Source: Candidatus Sumerlaeaceae bacterium (GTDB lineage: Bacteria; Sumerlaeota; Sumerlaeia; Sumerlaeales; Sumerlaeaceae). Taken from it: 64,000 nucleotides of DNA. Positions within the stretch are counted from its first letter, which is position 1. Every line of letters begins with the position of its first letter. A program made the translations under genes and the position numbers. This document shows, piece by piece, positions 19,511 through 29,291 of this stretch. The stretch covers positions 96,001 through 160,000 of the forward strand of contig JBPCLP010000011.1 in assembly GCA_051003195.1 (NCBI GenBank). Direction: 5' to 3'. The notes beneath the pieces are model-generated. The model saw only the letters and a list, made by a program, of their open reading frames with translations, was not told the DNA's origin and did not search any database.

Positions 19511-21217
19511 ATGAAAATTACAGCAGGAGTCTTGATTCTCTGCACTGTGACAGGATTATCCGCACATGCCGAGACGAGCGTTCCGATGCAGCTTTGTTTT
19601 GGCGGCGGCGATCATCCAACCACCGGCGATGTCGAACGGAAGATTGAGGCCGAGAGGGAGTTTGTAAAATATTTACAGCGTGGAAAGGCGACAAGCCACG
19701 AAACGTATGTGCGCTGGAGCATGATCGAGCCCGCCAAAGGGACTTTTGATTTCAAGTTCCAGGATGCTATCCTGGCAGTGGACCAGGCAGCAGGACTGAA
19801 GTGGGTACCGTTTATCGTCCTGTCGCCGGCCTACACGCTTCCGGACTGGTTCTATCATGGCCCTGAAGACGTGGGTTATGTATGCCTGGAGCATGGCAAG
19901 CGATCAGATATCCAGACTCTTTGGAACCCACATCTGCGGCCGCACATCAAGCGCGCCTATGCAGCGTTTGGAAAACACTATGCTAAGAACAAATCGCTGG
20001 AATCTGTGCTGCTTGGAGTTTCCGGCAATTACGGTGAAACGCTTGTACCGGCATCCAACCTCGATTGGACACAGGACCTGCATGGTCCTTATCACACGCA
20101 CGTCGGATGGTGGGTCGGCGACGATTATGCGGTCGCGGATTTTCGAAAGCGCGCCATCCAGGAGTACAAAACAGTGAAGGCTCTCAACCGCGCATGGGGC
20201 ACGACGTTCAGCAAGGAAACCGACATTCGTACCCAGCTGCCTCCGCAGTGGCCTACCACCGCGGCTCGGCAGTTCCAGGCGGAGTGGATGCTTGATTCCA
20301 TGACGGAATACGCCGACTTCTGCATGAAAACGGCAAAAGCAGCCTTACCCAAAACTGACGTTTATCTTGTTGTAGGCGGGCATGCCCCGTCCTACCATGG
20401 ACTGGACATCACTGCGCAAACAGAGGCAGCCGCAAAGCGGGACTGCGGTATCCGCATCACCAACGAAGCGGATCCCTTTCAACTGAACTTCCCCATTACG
20501 CGGATGGTCAGCTCCGCCTGCAGGTTTTATGGGACGTTTTTCAGTTACGAACCGGCGGGCGCGATCAGCTACAAGGGTGTGGCCACACGCTCATTCAATG
20601 CAACGGCCTCCGGTGCCAAATGCCTGCACTGGTATGAGAACAATGTGCGCGAGACCACGCGGGCGCTGGAGGTGTGGGATCGATGCCGTCCTCTTATGCG
20701 CCAGCGTGAGCCCGTTATCGATGTCGCAGTGTTCTATCCCCGCAGGTGGATGAACCTGCAAGGCGATGAGGAGCTTGTGTATATGTACCAGGATTTCGGC
20801 GCCGTGCGCGCTGCGACGGATTACGACTTCCTGGATGAACGACTGCTGAACACCTTCTCGAGCGGAAAGCTGAAGCCTTACAAGTATCTCCTGGTGCGCG
20901 AAGATACCGTTGCAGATGAGATTTCCAGCCGTGCAGTAACTCGTTTCCTGCGCCGTAAGGATGCTCCAAAAGGGATATTCTTTATGCGTGGCCAACCGCA
21001 GGCACCAGATGCACACGGGTGGCTTCAGGGAATTGCAAAAACGGTGCACCCAAACGACGATTATACGTCAGGCATTTACCACGCACGATTCACGGACGGA
21101 TCGCTTCTTTTCCTGAGCGAACTCGATGTAGAGGCGGATCTTTCAAAGACGCATCCTCAAATGGTGAAAAACACGACCGTGCTCCGCCCACGTGAAATGT
21201 TAGAGGTGCGCGAATAG
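19511..21217 (+). CDS. Secreted glycoside hydrolase, GH14/GH42-like TIM barrel
   Basis: Signal peptide; YVRWSMIEP.KG.FDF, AGLKW.P, LPDW, G..GE, Y.T..ALN.AWGT, EPAG; C-terminal DVAVFYP trimerisation-like segment. Confidence 0.72.
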   Translation: MKITAGVLILCTVTGLSAHAETSVPMQLCFGGGDHPTTGDVERKIEAEREFVKYLQRGKATSHETYVRWSMIEPAKGTFDFKFQDAILAVDQAAGLKWVPFIVLSPAYTLPDWFYHGPEDVGYVCLEHGKRSDIQTLWNPHLRPHIKRAYAAFGKHYAKNKSLESVLLGVSGNYGETLVPASNLDWTQDLHGPYHTHVGWWVGDDYAVADFRKRAIQEYKTVKALNRAWGTTFSKETDIRTQLPPQWPTTAARQFQAEWMLDSMTEYADFCMKTAKAALPKTDVYLVVGGHAPSYHGLDITAQTEAAAKRDCGIRITNEADPFQLNFPITRMVSSACRFYGTFFSYEPAGAISYKGVATRSFNATASGAKCLHWYENNVRETTRALEVWDRCRPLMRQREPVIDVAVFYPRRWMNLQGDEELVYMYQDFGAVRAATDYDFLDERLLNTFSSGKLKPYKYLLVREDTVADEISSRAVTRFLRRKDAPKGIFFMRGQPQAPDAHGWLQGIAKTVHPNDDYTSGIYHARFTDGSLLFLSELDVEADLSKTHPQMVKNTTVLRPREMLEVRE

Positions 21218-21339
21218 CCTCCGCGCAATTCAATGCGCCCCGCTATAGCCGCCTTACTCCGTGCTTGACCGCCTGGTAAGCCATCCCCGCCTGAAAGAGG
21301 CGCGGGAACCGGCGGGCAATAAACAGCGCCGCCAGGATC

Positions 21340-22557
21340 TTAAGAACGTTTCCCATTTCCTTCACTCCTTTTGGTCTTTCTTTTAACTTTAGCATTCTGT
21401 TTTGTCACCATCTCTGACAAACGGCTCCTGAGAAAACGCATGACCATCTTCTCATCGGGATCGAGCCCGCTCCCCTTTTCATCCAGTGTTCGCGCCACAC
21501 TCGTCTCCAGGTTCTGCACGAGCGTGCCGTCCAGGTAAGAATCGAAAATCGCCGGGTGAACGTAACATTTGCGGCAAATCGTCGGCGTGTTGCCGAGTCG
21601 CATCGCCACCTTTTCAACGGCTTGCACGATGTTCTTCTTTGCCATGCGCAGCGATGGGGCGTGCTTCATATCACGCAATGCGAGCGCGGCAAGCACCGTC
21701 CCGGCCCACGTGCGAAAATCTTTCGCCGTAAATTTCTCTCCTGTGATCTGCTTAAGGTAAGCGTTCACGTCTGTGGAAGTAACACTGCGGCGATGCCTAT
21801 TTGCGTCGGCGTACTGAAACAGTTCCTGTCCAGGCACGTCCCGGCACTTTTTCACCCTTTTGGCCAGTTCGCAATTATCCATCGCGATATCGTGAACCTT
21901 GCCGCTCTTCCCCTTGAACCGGAACCGGATTTTACATCCGTCCACCTGTACGTGCTTGTCACGCATGGTGGTAAGCCCGAATGAATTGTTATCCCGGGCA
22001 TACTCGGCATTGCCCACCCGGATCAGGGTGGTCTCGAGTAGTCGAACAACAGTAGCGAGCACCTTGTGCCGGTTCAGATCGGGCAGCTTCAAGTCCTCTT
22101 CCACTCGCGCGCGGATCTTTGGCAGCACGCGCCCAAACTCCAGCACGTTCTCGTACTTGCTTTGGTCCTGCGATTCGCGCCACAGCCGGTGATAGCGGTA
22201 CTGCTTGCGCCCGCGGGCATCAATGCCGGTGGCCTGCAGATGGCCGTCTTCGTGTTTGGTAATCCACACGTCCTTCCAGGCGGGCGGAAGCACCAGAGCC
22301 CCAATACGGCGCAGCACAGCTTCGTCCTTTACCACTTTGCCGTTTTCGCCCAGGAAGACGAACTTTCCGCGCTTCTTCACGCGGCGAAAACCCGGCTCGT
22401 CACCGCTCACACAGCGCAGTTTAACAGGGTCGTTTGCGGCCTTCCATACCGCGGGAATTGGCAGGTCCTTCGTCTTGCGTTTTGCTTTTCGGCGAATTGA
22501 AGCAGTTACTGTCGAACCAGTTGCATGTGTCATGCGGCTAAAACGCGCTAAAAGCAT
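21340..22557 (-). CDS. Bacterial DNA topoisomerase IB
   Basis: PPAW.DVWI, GHLQATG.DA.GRKQYRYH, IRVGN..Y, F.GKSG, KDFRTW, LGNTP..CRK.YVHP (catalytic Tyr); true start may be slightly downstream. Confidence 0.93.
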   Translation of the reverse strand: MLLARFSRMTHATGSTVTASIRRKAKRKTKDLPIPAVWKAANDPVKLRCVSGDEPGFRRVKKRGKFVFLGENGKVVKDEAVLRRIGALVLPPAWKDVWITKHEDGHLQATGIDARGRKQYRYHRLWRESQDQSKYENVLEFGRVLPKIRARVEEDLKLPDLNRHKVLATVVRLLETTLIRVGNAEYARDNNSFGLTTMRDKHVQVDGCKIRFRFKGKSGKVHDIAMDNCELAKRVKKCRDVPGQELFQYADANRHRRSVTSTDVNAYLKQITGEKFTAKDFRTWAGTVLAALALRDMKHAPSLRMAKKNIVQAVEKVAMRLGNTPTICRKCYVHPAIFDSYLDGTLVQNLETSVARTLDEKGSGLDPDEKMVMRFLRSRLSEMVTKQNAKVKRKTKRSEGNGKRS

Positions 22558-22620
22558 GCCACATTGTGGAAAGCTGAAACAGTTAAGATTGAAGCCTTTT
22601 GGCGAGTGTAGACAGGCCGC

Positions 22621-23934
22621 ATGAAAATCCTCGAATACCCACGTCAGCGCAAGGCGGTGCTGCAGGCTTTCGCCGGGGCGGACGAACGGGATAACCGCAA
22701 CCTGAAGCTAGTGCAGCGAATTCTCAACGATGTGCGCGAGCGCGGCGACGAGGCACTGGCGGACTATTCCGAGAAGTTCGATAGAAAGAGGCTGGTCGGC
22801 AAAGCGATGCGCGTGAGTCCGCGTACTTGCCAGGCAGCCTGGAATGCACTGAACAAGGAGCTGGCCGCGGCACTGGAATTTGCCGCGGCAGGTATTCGGG
22901 CTTTTCATCAAAAGCAGGTGCGGAAAGGATTCGTCCTCAAGCGGGGAGGCGTGCGGCTGGAGCAGCGCCTGCGCCCGTTGCAGCGAATCGGCGCGTATGT
23001 ACCGGGCGGCGTAGCCACGTATCCCTCCACAATGCTGATGAACGTAATTGCTGCGCAGGTGGCAGGTGTGCCCGAGATCATTATCGCGACACCTCCGGTC
23101 AAAGGCGATCCGAAGGCGTTTGTCCCATTTGCAGTCGCACACATGCTGGGTGTCTCCGATCGCATTTACCAGGTCGGTGGGGCACAGGCGATCGCGGCGT
23201 TGGCGTACGGCACGCGCACCATTCCCAAAGTGGACAAGGTAGTCGGACCGGGAAATGAGTTCGTCGCGCTCGGCAAGAAGCTGCTGTATGGGACCATCGA
23301 CATCGATTCGGTCGCGGGAAACAGCGAGGTCCTGATCATCGCCGACGCGACAGCATCCGCACGTTACATCGCCGCCGATCTCCTGGCGCAGGCGGAACAC
23401 ACCGGCGGGGAATCCGTTGTCGTTGTGGGTATCGGAAAGAAATTTAATTTCCAAGGCATCGAATGGGAGCTGGAGGCGCAGCTTCAGAATGCGCCCCGCG
23501 CAAAGCAGGCGCGACAATCCCTGGAATCCGGTGGCTTGTTTATTCGTGTTTCCTCAGGCGCCGAGGCGGTGGAGGTGGCAAACCTCAAAGCGCCAGAGCA
23601 CCTGGAGATCATGGCGGCCGGGGCAGAGAAAATCGCAGACAGCATCTACAATGTGGGCGCCATTTTCATTGGGCCGTATACGCCGGAACCGATCGGCGAC
23701 TATGTGGCCGGGCCCAACCACGTGCTTCCGACCGGCGGCACCGCGCGCTTCTTCTCGCCGCTCGGAGTCGATGCGTTTATGAAAGCCAGCAATGTGCTGC
23801 AGTACGGCCGCACGGATTTTCTCAAAGCCGCTCCCCACGTTATTACTTTAGCCGAAAGCGAAGGGCTCTACGCACACGCCGAGAGCATACGGGTGCGGCT
23901 GGAAGAGACCGAAAGTACCAGGAAGAGGAACTGA
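22621..23934 (+). CDS. hisD: Histidinol dehydrogenase
   Basis: YVPGG.A.YPST, GGAQAIAALAYGT, GPGN, DLLAQAEH, APEHLE, GDYVAGPNHVLPT, E.L.AH. Confidence 0.96.
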   Translation: MKILEYPRQRKAVLQAFAGADERDNRNLKLVQRILNDVRERGDEALADYSEKFDRKRLVGKAMRVSPRTCQAAWNALNKELAAALEFAAAGIRAFHQKQVRKGFVLKRGGVRLEQRLRPLQRIGAYVPGGVATYPSTMLMNVIAAQVAGVPEIIIATPPVKGDPKAFVPFAVAHMLGVSDRIYQVGGAQAIAALAYGTRTIPKVDKVVGPGNEFVALGKKLLYGTIDIDSVAGNSEVLIIADATASARYIAADLLAQAEHTGGESVVVVGIGKKFNFQGIEWELEAQLQNAPRAKQARQSLESGGLFIRVSSGAEAVEVANLKAPEHLEIMAAGAEKIADSIYNVGAIFIGPYTPEPIGDYVAGPNHVLPTGGTARFFSPLGVDAFMKASNVLQYGRTDFLKAAPHVITLAESEGLYAHAESIRVRLEETESTRKRN

Positions 23935-23956
23935 GCAGACCCCAATTCTCTGTGCG

Positions 23957-25015
23957 TCAATGCGGCGCCCGAATCTCTACATTCGCCGGCGGCGGCAAAT
24001 CTGTAATCGGTAACACGCACTTCTGCGCACAGTCTTCAAAGGCTGCCATTTGGCGAAGCTGGCGTTCATGCAATGTCGCGTGACTTAGATATTCTCGCGG
24101 CCATGGCAGCCTCTGCTCCAGTTCATGCTGCTGAGACGCAAGGCGCTGCTTAATGTCGGAAATTGAGTGCGGGGCGTCGACATTCACGCGGTCTGTCGAG
24201 CCTAACCGCACACATCCAAAATCCGTGCTTCCCAACGCGAGGAAAGTCTCCGCATGGTCTGGCCGATCACAAAACTCCACCGTCAGGGGAATTGTTCTAT
24301 CCAGTTCGCGGCGAATGACGGCGGTTGCATCGCGGATTAATTGCGGACTGGCTGACGGACAGATAGACATCGTCGAGTATGGAACGGGCTGAAACGGGAT
24401 CAGTACCATCTGCTGGATGTGACGGTAACGTCGATGGATTCCCGTGATGCGTTGTGCAGCTAGTGCCCAGCTTTCGGGCTGCTCCCCGATACCGATTCGA
24501 ATGCCGGTAACCGTCGGTATATGCAATCGACCGAGCTCCGAAAGCGCTGCCGTTCTTTCCTCCATCGATTTTTGCGGCGCACCTTCGTGCGCGCTCTTGG
24601 CCAGCAGCGAATCATCCGCAGCTTCGAGCAAAAGCCGAACGCTCGAGACCCATTCTGCCAGGAACCGTAGATCGGTAAACGTAAGCCGCCCGACATCCAG
24701 TACAGGAAACAGAACTCGAGGACCGCGAACCTCCAGAGTCGCCTGGCAAAGCGCCTGCAGGTATGCCGACCATTTGGCATAGCCGTAGTAACGCACCGTG
24801 CTCTGGATCTCACGCAGGGATTCAATACCTTCACCCGAAGTCAGCGTGATTTGCGTGGCGCCCAATCGCGCGGCAAGTCGCAAGGTTCGCCTGAACTGTT
24901 TTGGGGACGGCGGAAAAGGCGACGGAGTCTGCGGAAAGTTACAATAACCACACGTAAATACACAACGTCGCGAGAGAACCACCTGGTACTCGGGCACATA
25001 AGTGTAAACAGCCAC
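23957..25015 (-). CDS. Radical SAM protein, divergent CofG (FO synthase subunit 1)-like
   Basis: YTY..EY.V.LSRRCVFTCGYCNF (CxxxCxxC), ITLTSGE, LLLE, AH..AP.K, IP.VTGI.IGIGE, HIQ...L.PF.P; GAGGAG RBS before GTG at 25015. Confidence 0.72.
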   Translation of the reverse strand: MAVYTYVPEYQVVLSRRCVFTCGYCNFPQTPSPFPPSPKQFRRTLRLAARLGATQITLTSGEGIESLREIQSTVRYYGYAKWSAYLQALCQATLEVRGPRVLFPVLDVGRLTFTDLRFLAEWVSSVRLLLEAADDSLLAKSAHEGAPQKSMEERTAALSELGRLHIPTVTGIRIGIGEQPESWALAAQRITGIHRRYRHIQQMVLIPFQPVPYSTMSICPSASPQLIRDATAVIRRELDRTIPLTVEFCDRPDHAETFLALGSTDFGCVRLGSTDRVNVDAPHSISDIKQRLASQQHELEQRLPWPREYLSHATLHERQLRQMAAFEDCAQKCVLPITDLPPPANVEIRAPH

Positions 25016-25111
25016 AGATTTGTTCTCCTCGCGCACCTGCCTCACAGAACAGATGCCTGCAACATACCAGTTATAGCACGCCTGACGCCAGCCGACCTGA
25101 AAATATCCCTG

Positions 25112-25176
25112 GTGTGCCGAATCAGAACGCACAACCCCCGATTCGGCATACAGAACTGATTACGAACTAACGGTAG
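25112..25176. repeat. Dispersed hairpin+tail element, copy A
   Basis: GTGTGCCGAATCAG-loop-CCGATTCGGCATAC-AGAACTGATTACGAACTAACGGTAG; the last 43 nt match copy B at 39/43. Confidence 0.85.
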
Positions 25177-25329
25177 ACACAATAGTTGCACCATTTCGCC
25201 ACGGCAGGTCAATAGTTTGCCACCGCTTCCGTACCAATAAATTAGCGGGCGCCGAGTGCTTCTTCGTATTGACACGGACTTTGCGCTGCCGACGCTCGGA
25301 TGCTACGACACACCAGAAGGTAGGTAGTT

Positions 25330-26844
25330 ATGCGCCAGTTGATCGTCTCCATAGGTGCATTCATCGCGCTGCTGAGCGCGTCGAGTTCTGCGGTTGCGCA
25401 GGAGTACGGCGGCTTAACCGGCAGCAATAACAATAGCCTTGGCTCGGGCAGTGGTTCCTCGCGCTCGCGCTCCAATCGGTCCAACTTTGAAAGCTCGAAC
25501 GAGGGCATAACCGATTTCGGCGGCAGCAGCAGGAGCGAGGGTAGATCCAGCAGGCGCAACCGCAATGGCACCCCTACCCCACGGGCGGGTGCAAAGACCG
25601 ATGGCACCCCTGTTCCTGGCAGCAAGGCGACCCCGGGATCGGGAAAAGAACTAAAAAGCGCCAAGGGAAAGAAAGCTCCCAGCGGCAAGAGCAGCAGCAG
25701 CGGAGAGGCGCGCGCCGCCACCAATGTTGAGTTCAAAATGAAGGCCAATCCCTCGACAAACCTGCTCTATATTGAGGGCATAGGTGTGGAGCCGACACTC
25801 AATATTCTCACAACAGAGGGCGAAGAGTTTGTCACGCGCGTGTTTTTTGTGAATGCCCGCGGCTCGCGCTACAAAACGTTCAGCATTGCGCTCAAGTACG
25901 ACCCCTCTATCATTACGCCGGTTGGCATTGATGACAGCGACGTTTCCAGCCTGCTGGAGAATGACGCCGCGGCACATGTTGATGCAAAACGCGGTATTAT
26001 CACCTATAAAGCGGTACTGAAGCAGCCGCGCACCGACCCGGCCAGGACAGTCTTTAAAGTGCAGTGGAAGTCGCTCACCCCGACATCTGACGCAGCTATC
26101 TCGTTTATCAACAACGACAAATTCCGCAGCAATGTGCTGGATGACGAAGAGCACAACGTGCTGCTGCAGCGCGACGAGAGCGGAGAAATTGAAGCGAGTG
26201 ACAAAGCGGGCCTTGTGGATGCAGCCGTTTCTGTAATGCCGTCGGCACAAACCTCACGTGCGCTATCCGATGACGAGGGAAGCTTTTCCGCCATCTCGCT
26301 GGCCAACAACATCAGCCGGGGTACGGCCGAAGGCGGAGTGATCCTTGAACTGCGTCCGCGCCGGCAATCCAGCATTCGCGTCGGCGAAGATTTCCTGGTC
26401 GATCTCGTTTTCTCCAACCCGCGCCACGCCGAACTGGACACCATGAAAGTTAAGCTGCGCTTCGATCCTGCGGTGCTCCAGGTAGTGGACTATGACACCG
26501 ACAACTGGATCACGCGCGGCATCAACTTGTTCGACGGCGATTACCACGACGATCTGCCATTCGATTACCATCGCAAAAACACCGTTTCGAACTCAACCGG
26601 CATCATTGAGTATGACATGGGTTTCGCGGCCCGCGTCAGGGTGCCGGTACAGGGCACGATCGCCACGATACGGATGCGCGCGGTTGCGCCTGCCGCCGCC
26701 ACTCCGATCACCTTTGTATACGACGATACACCCGAGGCGGAGCCCCAAACCGCGGTCACGTTCCTCGGCTTTAACCTCGTCGGTTCACCAGGCGAAAGAG
26801 CCGCCGCCCTGCGCAGCGTAGACGTATCCATCAGCAACCTTTAA
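25330..26844 (+). CDS. Secreted protein with low-complexity N-terminus and two cohesin-like domains
   Basis: Signal peptide ending AVA-QE; Ser/Gly/Arg/Lys linker; two 'GE.F.V.....N......L.YDP..L.V' cohesin-type repeats. Confidence 0.7.
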   Translation: MRQLIVSIGAFIALLSASSSAVAQEYGGLTGSNNNSLGSGSGSSRSRSNRSNFESSNEGITDFGGSSRSEGRSSRRNRNGTPTPRAGAKTDGTPVPGSKATPGSGKELKSAKGKKAPSGKSSSSGEARAATNVEFKMKANPSTNLLYIEGIGVEPTLNILTTEGEEFVTRVFFVNARGSRYKTFSIALKYDPSIITPVGIDDSDVSSLLENDAAAHVDAKRGIITYKAVLKQPRTDPARTVFKVQWKSLTPTSDAAISFINNDKFRSNVLDDEEHNVLLQRDESGEIEASDKAGLVDAAVSVMPSAQTSRALSDDEGSFSAISLANNISRGTAEGGVILELRPRRQSSIRVGEDFLVDLVFSNPRHAELDTMKVKLRFDPAVLQVVDYDTDNWITRGINLFDGDYHDDLPFDYHRKNTVSNSTGIIEYDMGFAARVRVPVQGTIATIRMRAVAPAAATPITFVYDDTPEAEPQTAVTFLGFNLVGSPGERAAALRSVDVSISNL

Positions 26845-26880
26845 CCGTCCCTCAAACCCTGCTGCAGGAAAGCTTATTGC

Positions 26881-28599
26881 ATGATTAACCTGGATGCGCA
26901 ACGCACCCACACAGAGTTCCCTCGCCATTTTGTAGCCGAGGATGCAGACCTCGGCGATTGGACGACGCTTGAGAAGTATTTCGAAGAGCTGCAGGCCCGA
27001 CCTGTAGATGAGCCGTCACAACTCGAAAGATGGCTCACCGATCTTTCCGAGGTATCCGCCGCGATCTCAGAAGAGTCTGCCGCCCGCTATATTGCCATGA
27101 CGTGCCAGACCGATGACCCGGCACTCGAGAAGGCTTACCTTCATTACGTCGAGCATATCCTTCCCCAGACGGAGCCACGCTTTTTCGAGTTGAGCAAGAA
27201 GTACCTGGCAAGCCCGGCGAGACAGCAGCTTTCAAAAGATCGGTTTTTCGTTTTCGACCGGGCGCGCGAGAACGAAGTTGCGCTGTTTCGCGAGGAGAAT
27301 ATTCCACTGCAAACGCAAGACGACGTCCTGCGCCAGCAGTACCAGAAAACCTGCGGCGAGCAGACGGTGGAGTTTGATGGGCGCGAGCAGACGCTCCCCC
27401 AGCTGGCTAAATACCTCGAGGAAACGGATCGCGCTAAACGCAAAGCGGCGTGGAATGCTTCGGTGGTCAGGCAATTACAGGATCGCGAGAAGATGGAAGA
27501 CTTCTTCGAGCAGATGCTGGAACTCCGCGGCAAAATTGCCGCCATTTCCGGGTTCGACAATTACCTCGAATACATGTTTCGCCGGTTGGGCCGCTTCGAC
27601 TATTCTCCTCTGGATTGCCGTAAGTTCCAGGAGGCCATCGAACGCGATGTAATGCCGGTCAGGCGCAAGTTGCGCGAGCGCAGGAAAGCAGAACTCGGGC
27701 TGGAGAAGCTTGCCCCATGGGACCTCGACGTGGATCCGCAGGGCAGGCCGCCACTCCGGCCTTTCAACGATGCGCAGGAACTCATTGAGGGCGCGGACAG
27801 AATCTTTGATGCAGTATCGCCCCTGCTTTCCAAAGATTTCGACGTCCTGAAGTCACGCAATCTGCTCGACCTGGATAGCCGAAAGGCGAAGGCGCCCGGT
27901 GGTTACCAAAGCACTTTGGACGAAGCACGCCTACCTTTCATATTCATGAACGCCGCTGGTCGCAACCAGGATGTTTTCACGCTGCTTCATGAAGGAGGAC
28001 ACGCGTTCCATGCGCTGGCACACAGGTACGAGCCGCTGCATGCTTACCGTGACGCGCCGATTGAATTTTGCGAAGTCGCAAGCATGGGCATGGAGATGAT
28101 GGCGTGCGAGAGACTTACGTCTTTCTATAAGCCCGAAGAGGCACAGCGAGCCCGCACCATGCACCTTCAGGACACCATTATATTACTGCCGTGGATCGCA
28201 CGCATTGATGCATTCCAGCACTGGATCTATACTCACCCTTCTCACACGCGGGAAGAGCGCAAGCAACAGTGGCTGGAACTGGACGCGCGTTTTGGAGACG
28301 ACCTCGACTGGAGTGAACACCCGGAGTGGCGTGAGTGCTCCTGGATTCGCCAGCTTCACCTGTTTTGTGTGCCATTGTACTATGTTGAGTACGGAATTGC
28401 CCAGCTTGGTGCGCTCCAGCTGTGGGTAAATTACCTGCGCGATCAGCAGGCAACGATCGACAGGTATCGAAGCGCGCTTGCGTTAGGAAGTTCCAAACCG
28501 CTGCCGCAATTGTTTGAGGCAGCCGGTATTCGATTCGCATTCGATTCACAAACCATCGGGCCGCTGATGGAAAAAGTCAGCTCTGAGCTGGTCGCGTGA
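26881..28599 (+). CDS. M3-family oligoendopeptidase (PepF-like)
   Basis: KAPGGY, PFIFMN, TLLHEGGHAFH (HExxH), EFCEVASMGME, D.FQHW.Y, H.F..P.YY.EY.IAQ.GA. Confidence 0.93.
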   Translation: MINLDAQRTHTEFPRHFVAEDADLGDWTTLEKYFEELQARPVDEPSQLERWLTDLSEVSAAISEESAARYIAMTCQTDDPALEKAYLHYVEHILPQTEPRFFELSKKYLASPARQQLSKDRFFVFDRARENEVALFREENIPLQTQDDVLRQQYQKTCGEQTVEFDGREQTLPQLAKYLEETDRAKRKAAWNASVVRQLQDREKMEDFFEQMLELRGKIAAISGFDNYLEYMFRRLGRFDYSPLDCRKFQEAIERDVMPVRRKLRERRKAELGLEKLAPWDLDVDPQGRPPLRPFNDAQELIEGADRIFDAVSPLLSKDFDVLKSRNLLDLDSRKAKAPGGYQSTLDEARLPFIFMNAAGRNQDVFTLLHEGGHAFHALAHRYEPLHAYRDAPIEFCEVASMGMEMMACERLTSFYKPEEAQRARTMHLQDTIILLPWIARIDAFQHWIYTHPSHTREERKQQWLELDARFGDDLDWSEHPEWRECSWIRQLHLFCVPLYYVEYGIAQLGALQLWVNYLRDQQATIDRYRSALALGSSKPLPQLFEAAGIRFAFDSQTIGPLMEKVSSELVA

Positions 28600-28806
28600 G
28601 TCGGTGCCCAGTTCTCTGGTTCTTATTGAGCGCGATGTAATTTAGCTTTGACATGGGGTGTTCTGTTCCCGGAATCAGGCCCCAACAGCATGGGAAATGC
28701 TTTGTTTTGCTGCACTTGCATAGTCCCATGTTGTGCCGACGCGAGTCGGCCCAGATCCGCTTGAGGGGTGGATTCTGGGAAACTGATGAAAGGAGGCTAA
28801 ATAAAC

Positions 28807-28950
28807 ATGAAGGCTCTTGTAATCGCCGCAATCGCGGTCGTTTCTGTGGTGTCGGTCACTGGTTGTTGCCGCACGCGTAGCGCCACTGCTTGTGCTCCGA
28901 TGTGTGCGCCGGCTTGCCCGCCGCCCATGCCTATGCAAATGGAGAAGTAA
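28807..28950 (+). CDS. 47-aa Cys/Pro-rich putative lipoprotein (absent from the ORF track)
   Basis: AGGAGG RBS at 28791-28796; translation MKALVIAAIAVVSVVSVTGCCRTRSATACAPMCAPACPPPMPMQMEK*; lipobox VTG|C; strong terminator follows. Confidence 0.75.
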   Translation: MKALVIAAIAVVSVVSVTGCCRTRSATACAPMCAPACPPPMPMQMEK

Positions 28951-28980
28951 AATCAGGGTCGGTTGGGCCCTACCGATCAT

Positions 28981-29012
28981 CTGCCGGTACGCGAAAGCGT
29001 ACCGGCAGTTTT
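28981..29012 (+). terminator. Rho-independent terminator
   Basis: Perfect 12-bp stem CTGCCGGTACGC-GAAA-GCGTACCGGCAG followed by TTTT. Confidence 0.8.
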
Positions 29013-29133
29013 CATTTGGAAGAATTTCTACGATCTCGTTTTCTCCCTTTTCTACGCCACCAAATATCTGAATCCGTGTCCTGTAGTAACGCACGGCGTG
29101 GAAGCGGGAGGGTTTCCGCAACGCGTTCCTGAT

Positions 29134-29206
29134 GGGCCGTTAGCTCAATTGGTAGAGCAGCAGACTCTTAATCTGTTGGTTGTAGGTTCGAGTCCTACAC
29201 GGCTCA
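29134..29206 (+). tRNA. tRNA-Lys (anticodon CTT); CCA not encoded
   Basis: Acceptor GGGCCGT/ACGGCTC, D-arm GCTCAATTGGTAGAGC, anticodon loop CTCTTAA, T-arm GTAGGTTCGAGTCCTAC. Confidence 0.97.
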
Positions 29207-29291
29207 CATCGCTCAATGCATAACCCCCTAATGATGCGCCAGTTGATGGCATCTGTTTTACTTGCGACACTAACAGCCGGGAGAGCAGCGG

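Noticed and set aside
21230..21335. GC-rich stems between the hydrolase and topoisomerase genes as a possible ncRNA
   Set aside because: No recognisable family motif; adequately explained as a terminator region between convergent genes.
25112..25176. Integron attC interpretation of the hairpin+tail element
   Set aside because: No correctly placed RYYYAAC...GTTRRRY pair encloses the stem, the copies are dispersed rather than separating cassettes, and no integrase is present.
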